Both the position numbers and the translations under genes were made by a program. A DNA stretch of 64,000 nt. It comes from a virus. Where the stretch lies: positions 19,882 to 83,881 of the IMG/VR virus record IMGVR_UViG_3300036892_000014, one strand, 5' to 3'. The notes below the pieces were generated by a model. The model was not told the DNA's origin, ran no database searches, and saw only the letters and a program-made list of their open reading frames with translations. Below, in pieces: positions 38,450-47,575 of the stretch (its first letter is position 1; each line of letters starts with the position of its first letter).

Positions 38450-39445
38450 TCAGGAGAAGCCGACAGCATTCCCGCTCTCGTTCGTCTTCTGCTTCGGATG
38501 AACCTTCATCGTCTTGAGTCGCTGAATGACTTCCTCGTAAGGCTGATCCAGGCACGTCACGGCGATCACGAGTTCCTTCACGTGAGAAATGCTCAGCTTC
38601 TCTGTGTCCTTGATGGCCTTCTCGAAAGGGAATGTGGTATCCCCGTGAAGGATATGAGTCAAATACTGGCGGCGCATCCCCTCCGCGGGCATGTCGATCT
38701 TGATGACTTCATCGAATCGGCTCGGGCGGTTGACGATTCTAGCGCCAAGTTCCTCGGGGTAGTTGGTCGTCGCCAGTGAGACGATGTTCTCTGTCTGGTT
38801 CTCGCCGTCGAGCAGCGCGAGTAGTTCATGCTCGCCAGAGTTACGGATGATTTCGTCGATGTCTTCAAAGATGATGATAATGGGGCGGTCGGGCTCGATA
38901 CTTCGAAACTGGCGCAAGGCCGCCTTGATGAAACCAGGCTGCTTCACAATGAACACGATCCCGCCCATCTTGACGAGCTGGTTCATTAACAGAATCAGAG
39001 TGACCGTCTTGCCGCTACCTGGAGGCCCCCAGAGCAGAATCCCGCGCTTGTAAATGACTTCACGCTTTACGTACTCTTCTCTACGAGTCCAGAACTTCTT
39101 GATGCCTTCGATGACTCGTTTAGAGTTCGAATCATGAAGATCGACTAGGTTATCCGTGACGATGTTCTTCAAGACGAAGACGATACTTCCCTCCTGATCC
39201 TGGGAGATTTCGTACACCGCGGGCGGTAGAATCGGGACCGTCATGCTCGCCGCGGAGAATGTTTCATCCGGTCGAACGATCCACTGTGCAACATCCGTGG
39301 AAAGCTTCTCTATTTTTTCAAGCTTCTCTATTTTTTCAAGCTTCTTTTTTCCTGTAACGGCCTCAAACAAATCTCCCACGCTGAATTTTCGCTTGAACTT
39401 CGGTGGTCGCCCAGGCTTATTCAACTGTTTCTGTAGGTCATCCAT
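38450..39445 (-). CDS. AAA+ ATPase
   Basis: KRGILLWGPPGSGKT, IIIFEDID, TTNYPE, RPSRFD. Confidence 0.92.
   Translation of the reverse strand: MDDLQKQLNKPGRPPKFKRKFSVGDLFEAVTGKKKLEKIEKLEKIEKLSTDVAQWIVRPDETFSAASMTVPILPPAVYEISQDQEGSIVFVLKNIVTDNLVDLHDSNSKRVIEGIKKFWTRREEYVKREVIYKRGILLWGPPGSGKTVTLILLMNQLVKMGGIVFIVKQPGFIKAALRQFRSIEPDRPIIIIFEDIDEIIRNSGEHELLALLDGENQTENIVSLATTNYPEELGARIVNRPSRFDEVIKIDMPAEGMRRQYLTHILHGDTTFPFEKAIKDTEKLSISHVKELVIAVTCLDQPYEEVIQRLKTMKVHPKQKTNESGNAVGFS
39302..39345. repeat. 18-bp tandem repeat (about 2.4 copies) within the AAA gene
   Basis: AAGCTTCTCTATTTTTTC x2 plus partial; encodes KLEKIE. Confidence 0.9.
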
Positions 39446-39549
39446 GATTGCCTCCCTGTTTTGCTCTCTTTAGAATCCACAAGCACGCGTCGCAACGTCC
39501 CATCCAATACATCCTAGCCAATGCTGTCTTACTCGACTTCAAGAAGTAC

Positions 39550-39822
39550 CTAGCTAGTCGAAGTTGTAATCTGACAGTCTGTGCAGTTTGCATTTAGGTC
39601 CAGTAGAAAAGATAAAATTTTTGCCATCGAGACCGGGCGCAGGAAAGCTATGCTGTCTATGCTGTCTATGCTGTCTAGTTGACGAAACTGATATTCCTTG
39701 CTATATTCGTCGTACCCGATCTCGCCGATCTTGCAGTACTCTTGCTTGTGGAGCACCGTCCCCATAGTATAAGACGTGGTGTTACTTACGTTGTAGCCTT
39801 TTTCTGTTTTGACAAAGTTCAT
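39550..39822 (-). CDS. Hypothetical protein
   Basis: AGGAG SD before MNFVKTEK; contains a 9-bp repeat. Confidence 0.55.
   Translation of the reverse strand: MNFVKTEKGYNVSNTTSYTMGTVLHKQEYCKIGEIGYDEYSKEYQFRQLDSIDSIDSIAFLRPVSMAKILSFLLDLNANCTDCQITTSTS
39648..39677. repeat. 9-bp tandem repeat x3
   Basis: CTATGCTGT x3; encodes DSIDSIDSI. Confidence 0.9.
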
Positions 39823-39830
39823 GTTTTCTC

Positions 39831-40508
39831 CTATTCCAAAACGCACGGCACGCAGAATCCGCCGTTCGCGTGATTGTACAACTCGCCACAAATGCCGCAC
39901 GGTCTCATATCCGTTAAATTGTCCCAACGCTTGCCAGGCAGTGGTTCTAGGTCGCCTTGCATCTGCTCGCTGAGACTCGGGCCGGATGGCTCGCTCGCGG
40001 TGCGTGCCAGCTCGGCCCTCGCGGCTATAGCCAGCTCACAGTCGTGTTGTGCGTGCACGCCAATCTTTCCGCAGTGCTCGCAAACATACTCAGGATCATC
40101 AACGCGCAGCGGGCCGGTGCGTGCTAGTTCGGCTTTCAGCTCATCAGAACACCCTTTCAGCAAATCCCCTATTGTGTAGTTGGGCAAAACATCATATTCC
40201 TTTGCCTCTTTATGCCACTTCGCCGCCAGCCCCTCCAGCCTCTTGTGCAGGTCAGTCATCGAACTTCCACTCCGCTTTCTCGTGCGTACGTGCGAGTAAT
40301 ATTCACCGGTCGTAGGACTAATCTGCATCTTATCGGCTTCTACCTCTAACCCATCCTCAAGTAGTTTTTTTACTTGTCGGAAAAGTTTTTCCTTGAAAAG
40401 GGTGCGGTCTCGATGAAAAACAAGATATTCGTTAGTCCATCGTCCGCCCCCTCGATCTTGCTCGTGCTGGCTCATCCGGTCCCGCAACCGTTCGTTCGGT
40501 ACGCTCAT
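39831..40508 (-). CDS. Hypothetical protein with CxxC motifs (may be fused small ORFs)
   Basis: CEHCG and CGICG..CVPC; ATGA overlap with upstream gene. Confidence 0.5.
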   Translation of the reverse strand: MSVPNERLRDRMSQHEQDRGGGRWTNEYLVFHRDRTLFKEKLFRQVKKLLEDGLEVEADKMQISPTTGEYYSHVRTRKRSGSSMTDLHKRLEGLAAKWHKEAKEYDVLPNYTIGDLLKGCSDELKAELARTGPLRVDDPEYVCEHCGKIGVHAQHDCELAIAARAELARTASEPSGPSLSEQMQGDLEPLPGKRWDNLTDMRPCGICGELYNHANGGFCVPCVLE

Positions 40509-40699
40509 CGGCCCCTCCGCGTGTAGTCAACTCGCTTGTGACATTTTTGATTTTCGTGTAACCAAAGTGCCCCAGCATCGACGTACGGCTTACCGCAATA
40601 TCTGCACCATTGTTGGCATTGAGTGATTTTTTCGTTATGAGTGAGTAGGTGCCACGGCTTGCGCCCTTGGTTCGGTACGTGGCTGGCGGCGATGTTCAT
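40505..40699 (-). CDS. Small C2H2-like zinc finger protein
   Basis: CRYCGKPY......LWLHENQKCH; behind a promoter. Confidence 0.55.
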   Translation of the reverse strand: MNIAASHVPNQGRKPWHLLTHNEKITQCQQWCRYCGKPYVDAGALWLHENQKCHKRVDYTRRGR

Positions 40700-40723
40700 G
40701 ATGTTATATCCCTCAGTGAGAAC

Positions 40724-40752
40724 ATTGTCTCAATTTTCCGATTCCTTGTCAA
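40724..40752 (-). promoter_or_regulatory. Sigma70-type early promoter
   Basis: TTGACA-N17-GACAAT. Confidence 0.6.
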
Positions 40753-40765
40753 GAAAAATCGACAC

Positions 40766-41119
40766 CTATTTTCCAGTTGGGCTGCCTTCCTTCTCAATGG
40801 CGAGATCATAAATTTTCAGGATGCGTGAGTGCCCACGCCAGCCTATATTGAGACCAATGATATCTCGCGTATGGTACAATTCTTTGGCCGCATCCTCCAG
40901 GGCGATGAGAGCTGACCTACAATAAGGCGATGAGTACAAGGCCCCAAATGAGTACAAGGCCCCAAATGCACACCAACAAGTAGCCTCTGGATCATTGCAC
41001 TGCTCCATTCTCATTCCATGCAACGACCACCACGATCTCTTCGCCCATGCCATCCGACACCAATGGCGTCGTTTGGTGATCTTCGCTCGTGCTGCCTTCA
41101 AAATTTCTAGCTTTGTCAT
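40766..41119 (-). CDS. Hypothetical phage protein
   Basis: EILKAAR..I.....W....CWC..GAL pattern common in phage early genes; internal 18-bp duplication. Confidence 0.65.
   Translation of the reverse strand: MTKLEILKAARAKITKRRHWCRMAWAKRSWWSLHGMRMEQCNDPEATCWCAFGALYSFGALYSSPYCRSALIALEDAAKELYHTRDIIGLNIGWRGHSRILKIYDLAIEKEGSPTGK
40930..40968. repeat. 18-bp tandem duplication
   Basis: ATGAGTACAAGGCCCCAA x2; encodes FGALYS twice. Confidence 0.9.
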
Positions 41120-41352
41120 CCCTTGACTCCTTGAACGATTCTGCGTTTTACTTCTTTAAATGCACGGCAATGACGGCAAATGCGATTGGTAGGGAGTAGG
41201 GCGCGCTGCCAGCAGGGATAAGAACTATCCTTGAACTCTGAACTGGTGCAAGATTCCTTAGCAAGAATCTCACCTAATTCAGCATTGCTCAATTCTTCTA
41301 CTTGCCTTTGTTGCAGGTGAAAGAAAGTCGATTCATGTATGTACGTGGTCAT
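41116..41352 (-). CDS. Hypothetical protein
   Basis: GGAGGT SD; downstream of promoter. Confidence 0.6.
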   Translation of the reverse strand: MTTYIHESTFFHLQQRQVEELSNAELGEILAKESCTSSEFKDSSYPCWQRALLPTNRICRHCRAFKEVKRRIVQGVKG

Positions 41353-41381
41353 GGGTGTTACCTCCATACTTCACATTATAC

Positions 41382-41410
41382 ATTATCGGATAATTACCGG
41401 AAAATGTCAA
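41382..41410 (-). promoter_or_regulatory. Sigma70-type early promoter
   Basis: TTGACA-N17-GATAAT. Confidence 0.6.
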
Positions 41411-41498
41411 GAACAATTTAGTACAGGCCCATTTCCCCTTGCCAAAGAGCACGCCTTGTGCCATACTTCCTTTCGCGGAACAAGCTCGTGCTTCCCGC

Positions 41499-41846
41499 TC
41501 ACCTCCGGCCCGGGGGATGCCATGAACGTCCTCCGGCGCCGGATACCCCTCCCATCGCAGCGTAGCAGGCTCGCAGATACTGCAGTTCCGCCCCGCTAGC
41601 TCTCTCCATACGCTTGCGCTGATAATCCAGGACCGCGTAGCATTGCGGACGCGAAGCGGGACGATACCGCAGATCGAAATTGGTAAACCGGAAACCGAAA
41701 CTGCGGGCCGGTGGTTCATTCGCAGCAGGCGGCTCCTGCGATTCCAGCGCGTCTCTCCAACCGTGGAGATAGTAAATCAATTGGCCTGCATCGAATATTA
41801 GGCGCTTCTCTGCTGCTTGCTTTGCTCGCTTAATTTCGTCGGTCAT
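41499..41846 (-). CDS. Hypothetical protein
   Basis: GGAGGG SD before MTDEIKR. Confidence 0.5.
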   Translation of the reverse strand: MTDEIKRAKQAAEKRLIFDAGQLIYYLHGWRDALESQEPPAANEPPARSFGFRFTNFDLRYRPASRPQCYAVLDYQRKRMERASGAELQYLRACYAAMGGVSGAGGRSWHPPGRR

Positions 41847-42036
41847 CTTTCCCTCCGTAGTCGTTCCAGTGCGGACAGCCGTCCTTCGACTTCGCGCACA
41901 TTTCATAGCACTTGTAATCGTGTCCGCACTGACCGTGGCAGTCCGACTTGTGTCGAGCGTCGCGGAGGTAGATTATCCCCAAAACCCCAATAAGTCCGAG
42001 TATAAAGATCAAGATCATCTTCTCCATATTCTCCAT
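41830..42036 (-). CDS. Small membrane-anchored Cys-rich protein
   Basis: N-terminal TM helix, C-rich tail; AGGAGG SD. Confidence 0.6.
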   Translation of the reverse strand: MENMEKMILIFILGLIGVLGIIYLRDARHKSDCHGQCGHDYKCYEMCAKSKDGCPHWNDYGGKDDRRN

Positions 42037-42054
42037 AAATCCCTCCTAGAAGCT

Positions 42055-42288
42055 TTAGAACTTCCACCAAGGCTTCTTGAGTCTCGATGGAGTAATCATC
42101 AAAGTGATTAACTGATACAGCCCGAGCAGGGAGTCTATCGTCATGTTGACGCGGAGAACGCCGTCCTTGATGAAGGCGAAGTCTTCAACCTTTGTCTCGG
42201 GTGCGGGCGTGATGCCGAATTCCACGATCAATGACCCATCCTTGACGACCACGTCTACCGTGGCACCGCAGCTAAGTTGTGCCTTCAT
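42055..42288 (-). CDS. Hypothetical protein
   Basis: Ends KKPWWKF; ATGA coupling. Confidence 0.6.
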   Translation of the reverse strand: MKAQLSCGATVDVVVKDGSLIVEFGITPAPETKVEDFAFIKDGVLRVNMTIDSLLGLYQLITLMITPSRLKKPWWKF

Positions 42289-42623
42289 GATCGTTCCTTC
42301 AACCCCAAGACACGGAGCAAATCTTTGCGCATATCCTTTATCTTACGCTCTAACCACGCGGACTCAGCCATGTCGGCAGCATGCGCGATATCCTGCGCTA
42401 AATCCTTATCCATATTTAATTCTTCCGCGGCCTCAATAAAACCAGAGTTAGTGTGTTCGAATCCCTGAACAGCGCAGATCGGACAGAAGTCATACCCGAT
42501 CCCATACTCGATCCTAGTACCACGTTCGAAAAAGTCCGTGCACCGAATGTTGCCGCCCGGGAAAATTTCCCACCGCTTGTCCTTCAACTTGCCGAGCGCT
42601 TCTAGAAATTGTTCGTAGGTCAT
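42285..42623 (-). CDS. Hypothetical protein
   Basis: GGAGG SD; coupled to integrase stop. Confidence 0.65.
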   Translation of the reverse strand: MTYEQFLEALGKLKDKRWEIFPGGNIRCTDFFERGTRIEYGIGYDFCPICAVQGFEHTNSGFIEAAEELNMDKDLAQDIAHAADMAESAWLERKIKDMRKDLLRVLGLKERS

Positions 42624-43510
42624 GACGCCTCCAGTTGGAACCCGAGTCCCGCCTGCTCCGCGAAAGCCTTGCGCTTCTGAATCTCTTCGCCAACCATGGT
42701 GTAGCGATCAGAGATTGTACTATCCGCGTGTCCAGCCCAGTAGTGAACCACTGGCTCTGGTATCCCAAGCATTCGCAGGTGGGTGACACGGAACCTGCGC
42801 AGGCTATGGAATCCACCGATTATACCATACTTCACTAACGCTTGTCTATAGAAACTTTCAGACTTCGAAAAGATCACCCCGCCGCCGAAGAGGTGCTTCT
42901 GTACGAAGGCACACAACGTAGAGTGCATATCCACTTCCCGAACACCCGCCGGGGTCTTCGGGCTGTCCTCTCCCCGCTGGCGAGATACTAAGACTTTACA
43001 CCCATCGAAGTGATTTGCCACGTCCGACCGGCTGTTCGAGATATCCAGTGCCTCATTCACACGGAGGCCGGTCCCAGCCAATAAGGCGATCAAACAGGCG
43101 GTTTCAGTGTCCGAAGCCTCTAGAGCCAGTTTGATGGCTCCTGCGACCGCTGTAGCGTTTGCTATGGGTCTTCGCTGATTCTCTACGACCGGCAAGTCAA
43201 TAAAGTCTGAATTCCACGTCCTAGGGTACATCTGGTTCCCGTTTTCGTCTACCGCCGATGCGATAATCTGTTTTAAGATATTGATAACAAGGGAGATAGT
43301 TGCCGCCGAAAGCCTCTTTTCAGACAGTGAAGCGATCAGAGACTTAACTGCCCCATTATCAATGACTTCAACTTTCTTCTTCCCGAGCACTGGAACTAAG
43401 TGCTTATTTATCATCATCTTATACGTGTACGCCGTGCTTGAGCGGATCGGGTTCCGCTTGCGGTTCGTGCTCTGTTTGAGAAACGTGTCGGCCTGTTCCT
43501 TGAATGTCAT
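42620..43510 (-). CDS. int: Tyrosine recombinase / integrase
   Basis: TGLRVNE, K(TPAG), HSLRR, GH, catalytic Y in SDRY; SAM-like core-binding N-domain. Confidence 0.92.
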   Translation of the reverse strand: MTFKEQADTFLKQSTNRKRNPIRSSTAYTYKMMINKHLVPVLGKKKVEVIDNGAVKSLIASLSEKRLSAATISLVINILKQIIASAVDENGNQMYPRTWNSDFIDLPVVENQRRPIANATAVAGAIKLALEASDTETACLIALLAGTGLRVNEALDISNSRSDVANHFDGCKVLVSRQRGEDSPKTPAGVREVDMHSTLCAFVQKHLFGGGVIFSKSESFYRQALVKYGIIGGFHSLRRFRVTHLRMLGIPEPVVHYWAGHADSTISDRYTMVGEEIQKRKAFAEQAGLGFQLEAS

Positions 43511-43530
43511 GTTTTCAACCTCTGGACTTA

Positions 43531-43559
43531 ATACTAACTTAAGCGCAGGGATTTGTCAA
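43531..43559 (-). promoter_or_regulatory. Promoter of the integrase
   Basis: TTGACA-N17-TAGTAT. Confidence 0.6.
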
Positions 43560-43696
43560 GTCTTTTCTTTTCTTCATCGCCAGAATCAGGTCGTCCGCGC
43601 ACTTTCTGCACCCGCCGAGCCCGTTCAAGAAGATGATAATGCGCCGACCGTGGGCACGGCAGTACACGGGCGGCTTCTTGCTAACCCACTCGGCCT

Positions 43697-44029
43697 TCAC
43701 TTCACCGCCCAAGCGAGCAGCGCCGCCTTGTTGAGGCCGCTGAACCGCATGCAGCCCACTAAGAAGTCGCCCTCGTAGAAGTAAGCGTTCCAGCCGAACT
43801 TTCCCCAGCCCGTTACAGGGAGTCCGAAAAGTCTTTCTTCGATGACGTTGGAATAAGCGAAACGAACGTACTGCCCTAAGAGTTCTCTCGGCTGTCCACT
43901 TAGGATCACCCGCTTCAATTCCCTCCGACGAACGCGGCGGTACACCCTACCGTCATCAGTCAATTGGGAGAGATAGAGCCACCCGAGTTTAAACGTCTTG
44001 CCGCCTTCGGCTGTGATATATTCGCTCAT
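43697..44029 (-). CDS. Hypothetical protein
   Basis: AAGGA SD; 110 aa. Confidence 0.55.
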   Translation of the reverse strand: MSEYITAEGGKTFKLGWLYLSQLTDDGRVYRRVRRRELKRVILSGQPRELLGQYVRFAYSNVIEERLFGLPVTGWGKFGWNAYFYEGDFLVGCMRFSGLNKAALLAWAVK

Positions 44030-44184
44030 GTTGTTTTCCTTTCGAGCGGGTCAACCCAAACCCCAGGCTTCCTCGCTTCGATGATTCGTTTCGTGTACTC
44101 ACGCACCGACTCGCGTTCCTCGGCGGTCAGTGCGTTCTGCTCGGCCCGCTTGATGTTTGCGTTAATCCAGAAGTAATTCTCCAT

Positions 44185-44436
44185 TCAATCCTCTGAGACA
44201 ATTAAGAAGCCGTCTTTGACCATCGTGTTTCTTGTACGTACGAACGCGTAAAAATGTTGTCCCCAAGGAGACCCCTGCGGGTACGGAACGTACTTCTCTC
44301 GTAGTTCGCTATAGAATTTACCCAGTGCCTCACTCGCTGTTAGTTCTGCCTTAAGGGTCGCTGACTTCACGGCTTCTAGTCCCGCTAGCTCTGTGAGTTC
44401 TTCGCACGTTAACTTCGCAACCTTGATGATGTTCAT
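44185..44436 (-). CDS. Hypothetical protein
   Basis: ATGA-coupled MNIIKVAK. Confidence 0.55.
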   Translation of the reverse strand: MNIIKVAKLTCEELTELAGLEAVKSATLKAELTASEALGKFYSELREKYVPYPQGSPWGQHFYAFVRTRNTMVKDGFLIVSED

Positions 44437-44618
44437 TCGCCCACCTTTTGGATATGCCGAATTTCTTCGAAAGGAACGAACACCGCTTTGTCTCTGTATT
44501 CCGTCGTGTACCCGCCCATCTTGCGAAGTCTCTCTAACGCGATGGCTAGCGTTGTCGCACCTGTATGATACTCTTCCCTGTTGTAATCGCCTGACCTCGA
44601 TTGAATGTAAATTTTCAT
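44433..44618 (-). CDS. Hypothetical protein
   Basis: ATGA-coupled; FVPFEEI. Confidence 0.55.
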   Translation of the reverse strand: MKIYIQSRSGDYNREEYHTGATTLAIALERLRKMGGYTTEYRDKAVFVPFEEIRHIQKVGE

Positions 44619-45025
44619 TTTGCACCCCACATCGGAAGATAATCACATATGAATATGGTCTGTTCCTTGGTCGCGTAGAATGCAACCGCTGTCGCATACT
44701 CTCCCGACCCATACTCGGGATTATTATCGTAAAAGGTTACGGGGTTGAGTTTCTTCTTGAACGCTAAGCACTTCACGTGAAACAGTTCGGCTGTGTCACG
44801 CGCCTGAAGAATGATCGTGGTCACCGGAACGAAGTCCGCCCTGTACATGAGAATCTTGGACGCATTCTCCGAGTTGAAGACTTCGTCCGCGTGACGCAGC
44901 TTCGACGCCACGTGGCACGCCTGAGCAATCTGCCGCCCGGGCGGTTGCAGGACGACTCGGGACTGACCCTGAATCGTTCCTGCAACAATCACATAGATGC
45001 GTCGTTCTTTGGTTTCTTCGATCAT
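44615..45025 (-). CDS. Peptidyl-tRNA hydrolase type 2 (PTH2)-like protein
   Basis: YVIV....GRQIAQACH....TIILQ....EL....FYD...Y...ATAVA. Confidence 0.7.
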   Translation of the reverse strand: MIEETKERRIYVIVAGTIQGQSRVVLQPPGRQIAQACHVASKLRHADEVFNSENASKILMYRADFVPVTTIILQARDTAELFHVKCLAFKKKLNPVTFYDNNPEYGSGEYATAVAFYATKEQTIFICDYLPMWGAK

Positions 45026-46248
45026 TCGATAACCTTTGTCACACGGTACTCATAACCAACGCCTAGGAATTTCATCTGACGCAACGCCTCGTCGTTAGCC
45101 TTACGTACGTCGGTATAGAGAACGGTATAGAGATTCTTCCCATCGACGTTTTGGTTCCTAGAACGCCTCCACTTGGGATGACCTTGGGATTTGTATTCGA
45201 TGATGTACTTCTCTAATTTTGCTTCCGTTGTCAACGGCCCAGCGTATAGCTTATGTTGTCCTTCGCCGATGTATTCCCAAACGGTGATCTTGCGGGCGCG
45301 TGAAGTGCTGCGGCTGGATTGGACGGACTTCCCAGTATCACGCCACGACTTGCTGCGGAAGACGCCGCCTGCGGCGTTCCCGAGGTCTTCAGGCTTATAC
45401 CCTTGGGCCGTCAACTTTTCCTGAACATGTCCGATGTGAACAAACTTCAACTCTTTGCCAGCTTCGATGGCGGCGGCCTTAGCGATGCCGAACACCTTCG
45501 AGTGAGCCTTGACTGCACGGGCGATCCCCTTTTCCTTCAGCGCCACACCGACAGGCTTCTGTTCGGCGAACGGGATAACATTGCTGACGATGGACGCGGC
45601 GAGAGGCTTCAAGTCTTTCGTTCCGAATCCGCCGACTCGACCATCGTCTTTCTTGATTAAATACCCAGAGTATTTAGATGTTGGGCCGTATACTTCAGTC
45701 ACAGTGCCAGGTCCATTCCAACCGTATCCGTAAGTGATCTCAACGCGGTCGCCGACCTTGTATTCAGGTTTGGGCTGTTGAGGATCAATCGTGACGGTAG
45801 GCGTGGCTGGAACGAGTTCGAGGACGAACGAAGGATAGCCATAACTCATGTAGCAGACCGTAACCTGAATGTCCTTTTCCAGACTACGTTTCGTGGACGT
45901 GACAACACCCGTCTTGCCGACACTCTTGTCCATTTGTGGCACCCAAGCGTTCTTCCAACCGTCTTCATGGGTCTTGGCTTTGCGAAGAATCTTGACTCGG
46001 TCGCCGACCTTGTATTGTGGGATAGGTGGTGAGATTAGAGGTTCGAGAACAAATGTGGGATAACCATAATTGCCCGCGCCGTCAACTGAAAGCTGAACGT
46101 TCTTTTCATTCGCGTCGTACCGCGTGACCGTGCCGATCTTTCCCACGGCATCATCCATATCGGATTCCCATGAGTTCTTCCAACCGTTTTCATGGGTTAC
46201 AGCCTTGCGAAGAATTTTAACTTTGTCGCCTTTTTCGAATGTCGTCAT
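45022..46248 (-). CDS. Multi-domain protein with three KOW/SH3-like modules
   Basis: Two near-identical K.GD.VKILRKA.THE.GWKN.W...MD..VGK.G.V...YGYP.FVLE repeats plus a third YKVGDRV module. Confidence 0.75.
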   Translation of the reverse strand: MTTFEKGDKVKILRKAVTHENGWKNSWESDMDDAVGKIGTVTRYDANEKNVQLSVDGAGNYGYPTFVLEPLISPPIPQYKVGDRVKILRKAKTHEDGWKNAWVPQMDKSVGKTGVVTSTKRSLEKDIQVTVCYMSYGYPSFVLELVPATPTVTIDPQQPKPEYKVGDRVEITYGYGWNGPGTVTEVYGPTSKYSGYLIKKDDGRVGGFGTKDLKPLAASIVSNVIPFAEQKPVGVALKEKGIARAVKAHSKVFGIAKAAAIEAGKELKFVHIGHVQEKLTAQGYKPEDLGNAAGGVFRSKSWRDTGKSVQSSRSTSRARKITVWEYIGEGQHKLYAGPLTTEAKLEKYIIEYKSQGHPKWRRSRNQNVDGKNLYTVLYTDVRKANDEALRQMKFLGVGYEYRVTKVIE

Positions 46249-46649
46249 AGTAGCCTCCTAGATTTTCTTTCTTCGTTTAACTTGTATCCTTCTTGAATCC
46301 TCAACCGAAGCTGATATGTTGCAAACCAATCCACTTCTGCGCCCTTGGTAACCACCACCGCTTTTAGCCCCTCACTCGCCTTGTGATCGATTTGACCCGC
46401 CATCCGTCCTTGCGAAAAGCAGATCACGAGTTCTTCAGATCGTGTACGGTACTCGTTTTGAATCTCTTTGTCGATCATCTTTTCTTCCGTCGTCTTCTCA
46501 TTGTCTGGTTTGGCGAAGATGCCAGGGGTCACATAGCAGTCCCGGTATTTCTTGCAAGAGGGACACTGCGCGTACTCGTGAGCATGAAAAGGAAACTCCG
46601 TGGGAAGATTTAATTTTCGCTTGACGCGGCACTCTTCACAAAAGATCAT
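46245..46649 (-). CDS. Hypothetical protein with Zn-ribbon
   Basis: CEEC...CPSC. Confidence 0.6.
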   Translation of the reverse strand: MIFCEECRVKRKLNLPTEFPFHAHEYAQCPSCKKYRDCYVTPGIFAKPDNEKTTEEKMIDKEIQNEYRTRSEELVICFSQGRMAGQIDHKASEGLKAVVVTKGAEVDWFATYQLRLRIQEGYKLNEERKSRRLL

Positions 46650-47104
46650 TACCAGAGCCCCTTGAAACCACCTTTATCGGCGATTCGAATCATGCAATCT
46701 TGAAATTTCTGACCGTGTTTATCCTCACCTTCATCGATACCATTGATACTGTCGTATTGATGGCAATCCTCATGGATTAAACTCATCTCCGCTTGTTCTT
46801 CGGTTGTGTTATAGTGCGGGTCGATTTGAATATGCCACAAACCGTCGCTGTCGTGATGAATGAATGCACTGTCCTGGTCTTTGCTCAGGTCGGCGAGTTC
46901 TATCCTGGTCAAGTACGTCGGTAGACCGCCGTAAAAGAAGGCGTCATTAAACGTTCGGTTCGCATCACTCAACTTTCCGACTGTCGGTTTTAAGTCCGCC
47001 GCATCGGCTGCTGACGAAACAACAGACGGCGCACCGCAGCCCATAAAGTAGGCTGCGATGCCCGCCAGGGTGACCGTGACGATGATCTTCTGCCAAGTTT
47101 TCAT
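46649..47104 (-). CDS. SprT-like zinc metalloprotease, probable lipoprotein
   Basis: Signal peptide ending FMGC (lipobox-like); FN..FF...LP, LIHEDCHQ, HG..F. Confidence 0.7.
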   Translation of the reverse strand: MKTWQKIIVTVTLAGIAAYFMGCGAPSVVSSAADAADLKPTVGKLSDANRTFNDAFFYGGLPTYLTRIELADLSKDQDSAFIHHDSDGLWHIQIDPHYNTTEEQAEMSLIHEDCHQYDSINGIDEGEDKHGQKFQDCMIRIADKGGFKGLW

Positions 47105-47121
47105 AATTGCCTCACTTCGGA

Positions 47122-47150
47122 AGTGTACCCCAGTTTTGGTCGTTTGTCAA
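47122..47150 (-). promoter_or_regulatory. Sigma70-type promoter
   Basis: TTGACA-N17-TACACT. Confidence 0.65.
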
Positions 47151-47174
47151 GTGTTATTTTGGGGAATTATATAC

Positions 47175-47333
47175 TTAACTTCCCGCAACTTTCTTTGCTT
47201 CCAGCAAAACATCCATTAGTTTTTCACGGGCCTCTTCAAGTTCTAGAATAGATGCTTCGTCGCCCTCGTCATTGTTACGTTGAATCGCGCCCTCATATCG
47301 GCACAAAATTTTCATCAATTCTTCTCTGGTCAT
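47175..47333 (-). CDS. Passenger ORF 2 (52 aa, helical)
   Basis: MTREELMKILCRYEGAIQR...; ATGA-coupled; stop lies inside the inverted repeat. Confidence 0.6.
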   Translation of the reverse strand: MTREELMKILCRYEGAIQRNNDEGDEASILELEEAREKLMDVLLEAKKVAGS

Positions 47334-47575
47334 TTGATCCTCTTAACAGGCAATAGACAACCCATATCTTTAATCCATGCAACGATTTCCGTGTCTTCTA
47401 GTGCTTGTCTGATTATTTGGCGATCTAACTCTCTGCCGTCCGGTCCGGTTAATTCATCTGCGTGGACAACTATACTGCCGAGTTTGACCGCGAGATTTAA
47501 AGTAAGAATTTTCGTGTTTGCAAGTGCATGTCCTACAGTTTCATCTGGTTTTGGCTTGCGTGCGCCTTTTCTCAT
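47330..47575 (-). CDS. Passenger ORF 1 (81 aa)
   Basis: AAGGAG SD; LAVKLGSIVVHADE. Confidence 0.7.
   Translation of the reverse strand: MRKGARKPKPDETVGHALANTKILTLNLAVKLGSIVVHADELTGPDGRELDRQIIRQALEDTEIVAWIKDMGCLLPVKRIK

Noticed and set aside
42450-42470. GTTCGAATCCC as a tRNA T-loop or attP near the integrase
   Set aside because: No pairing T-stem or acceptor stem, and it lies in a coding region. No att site could be identified.
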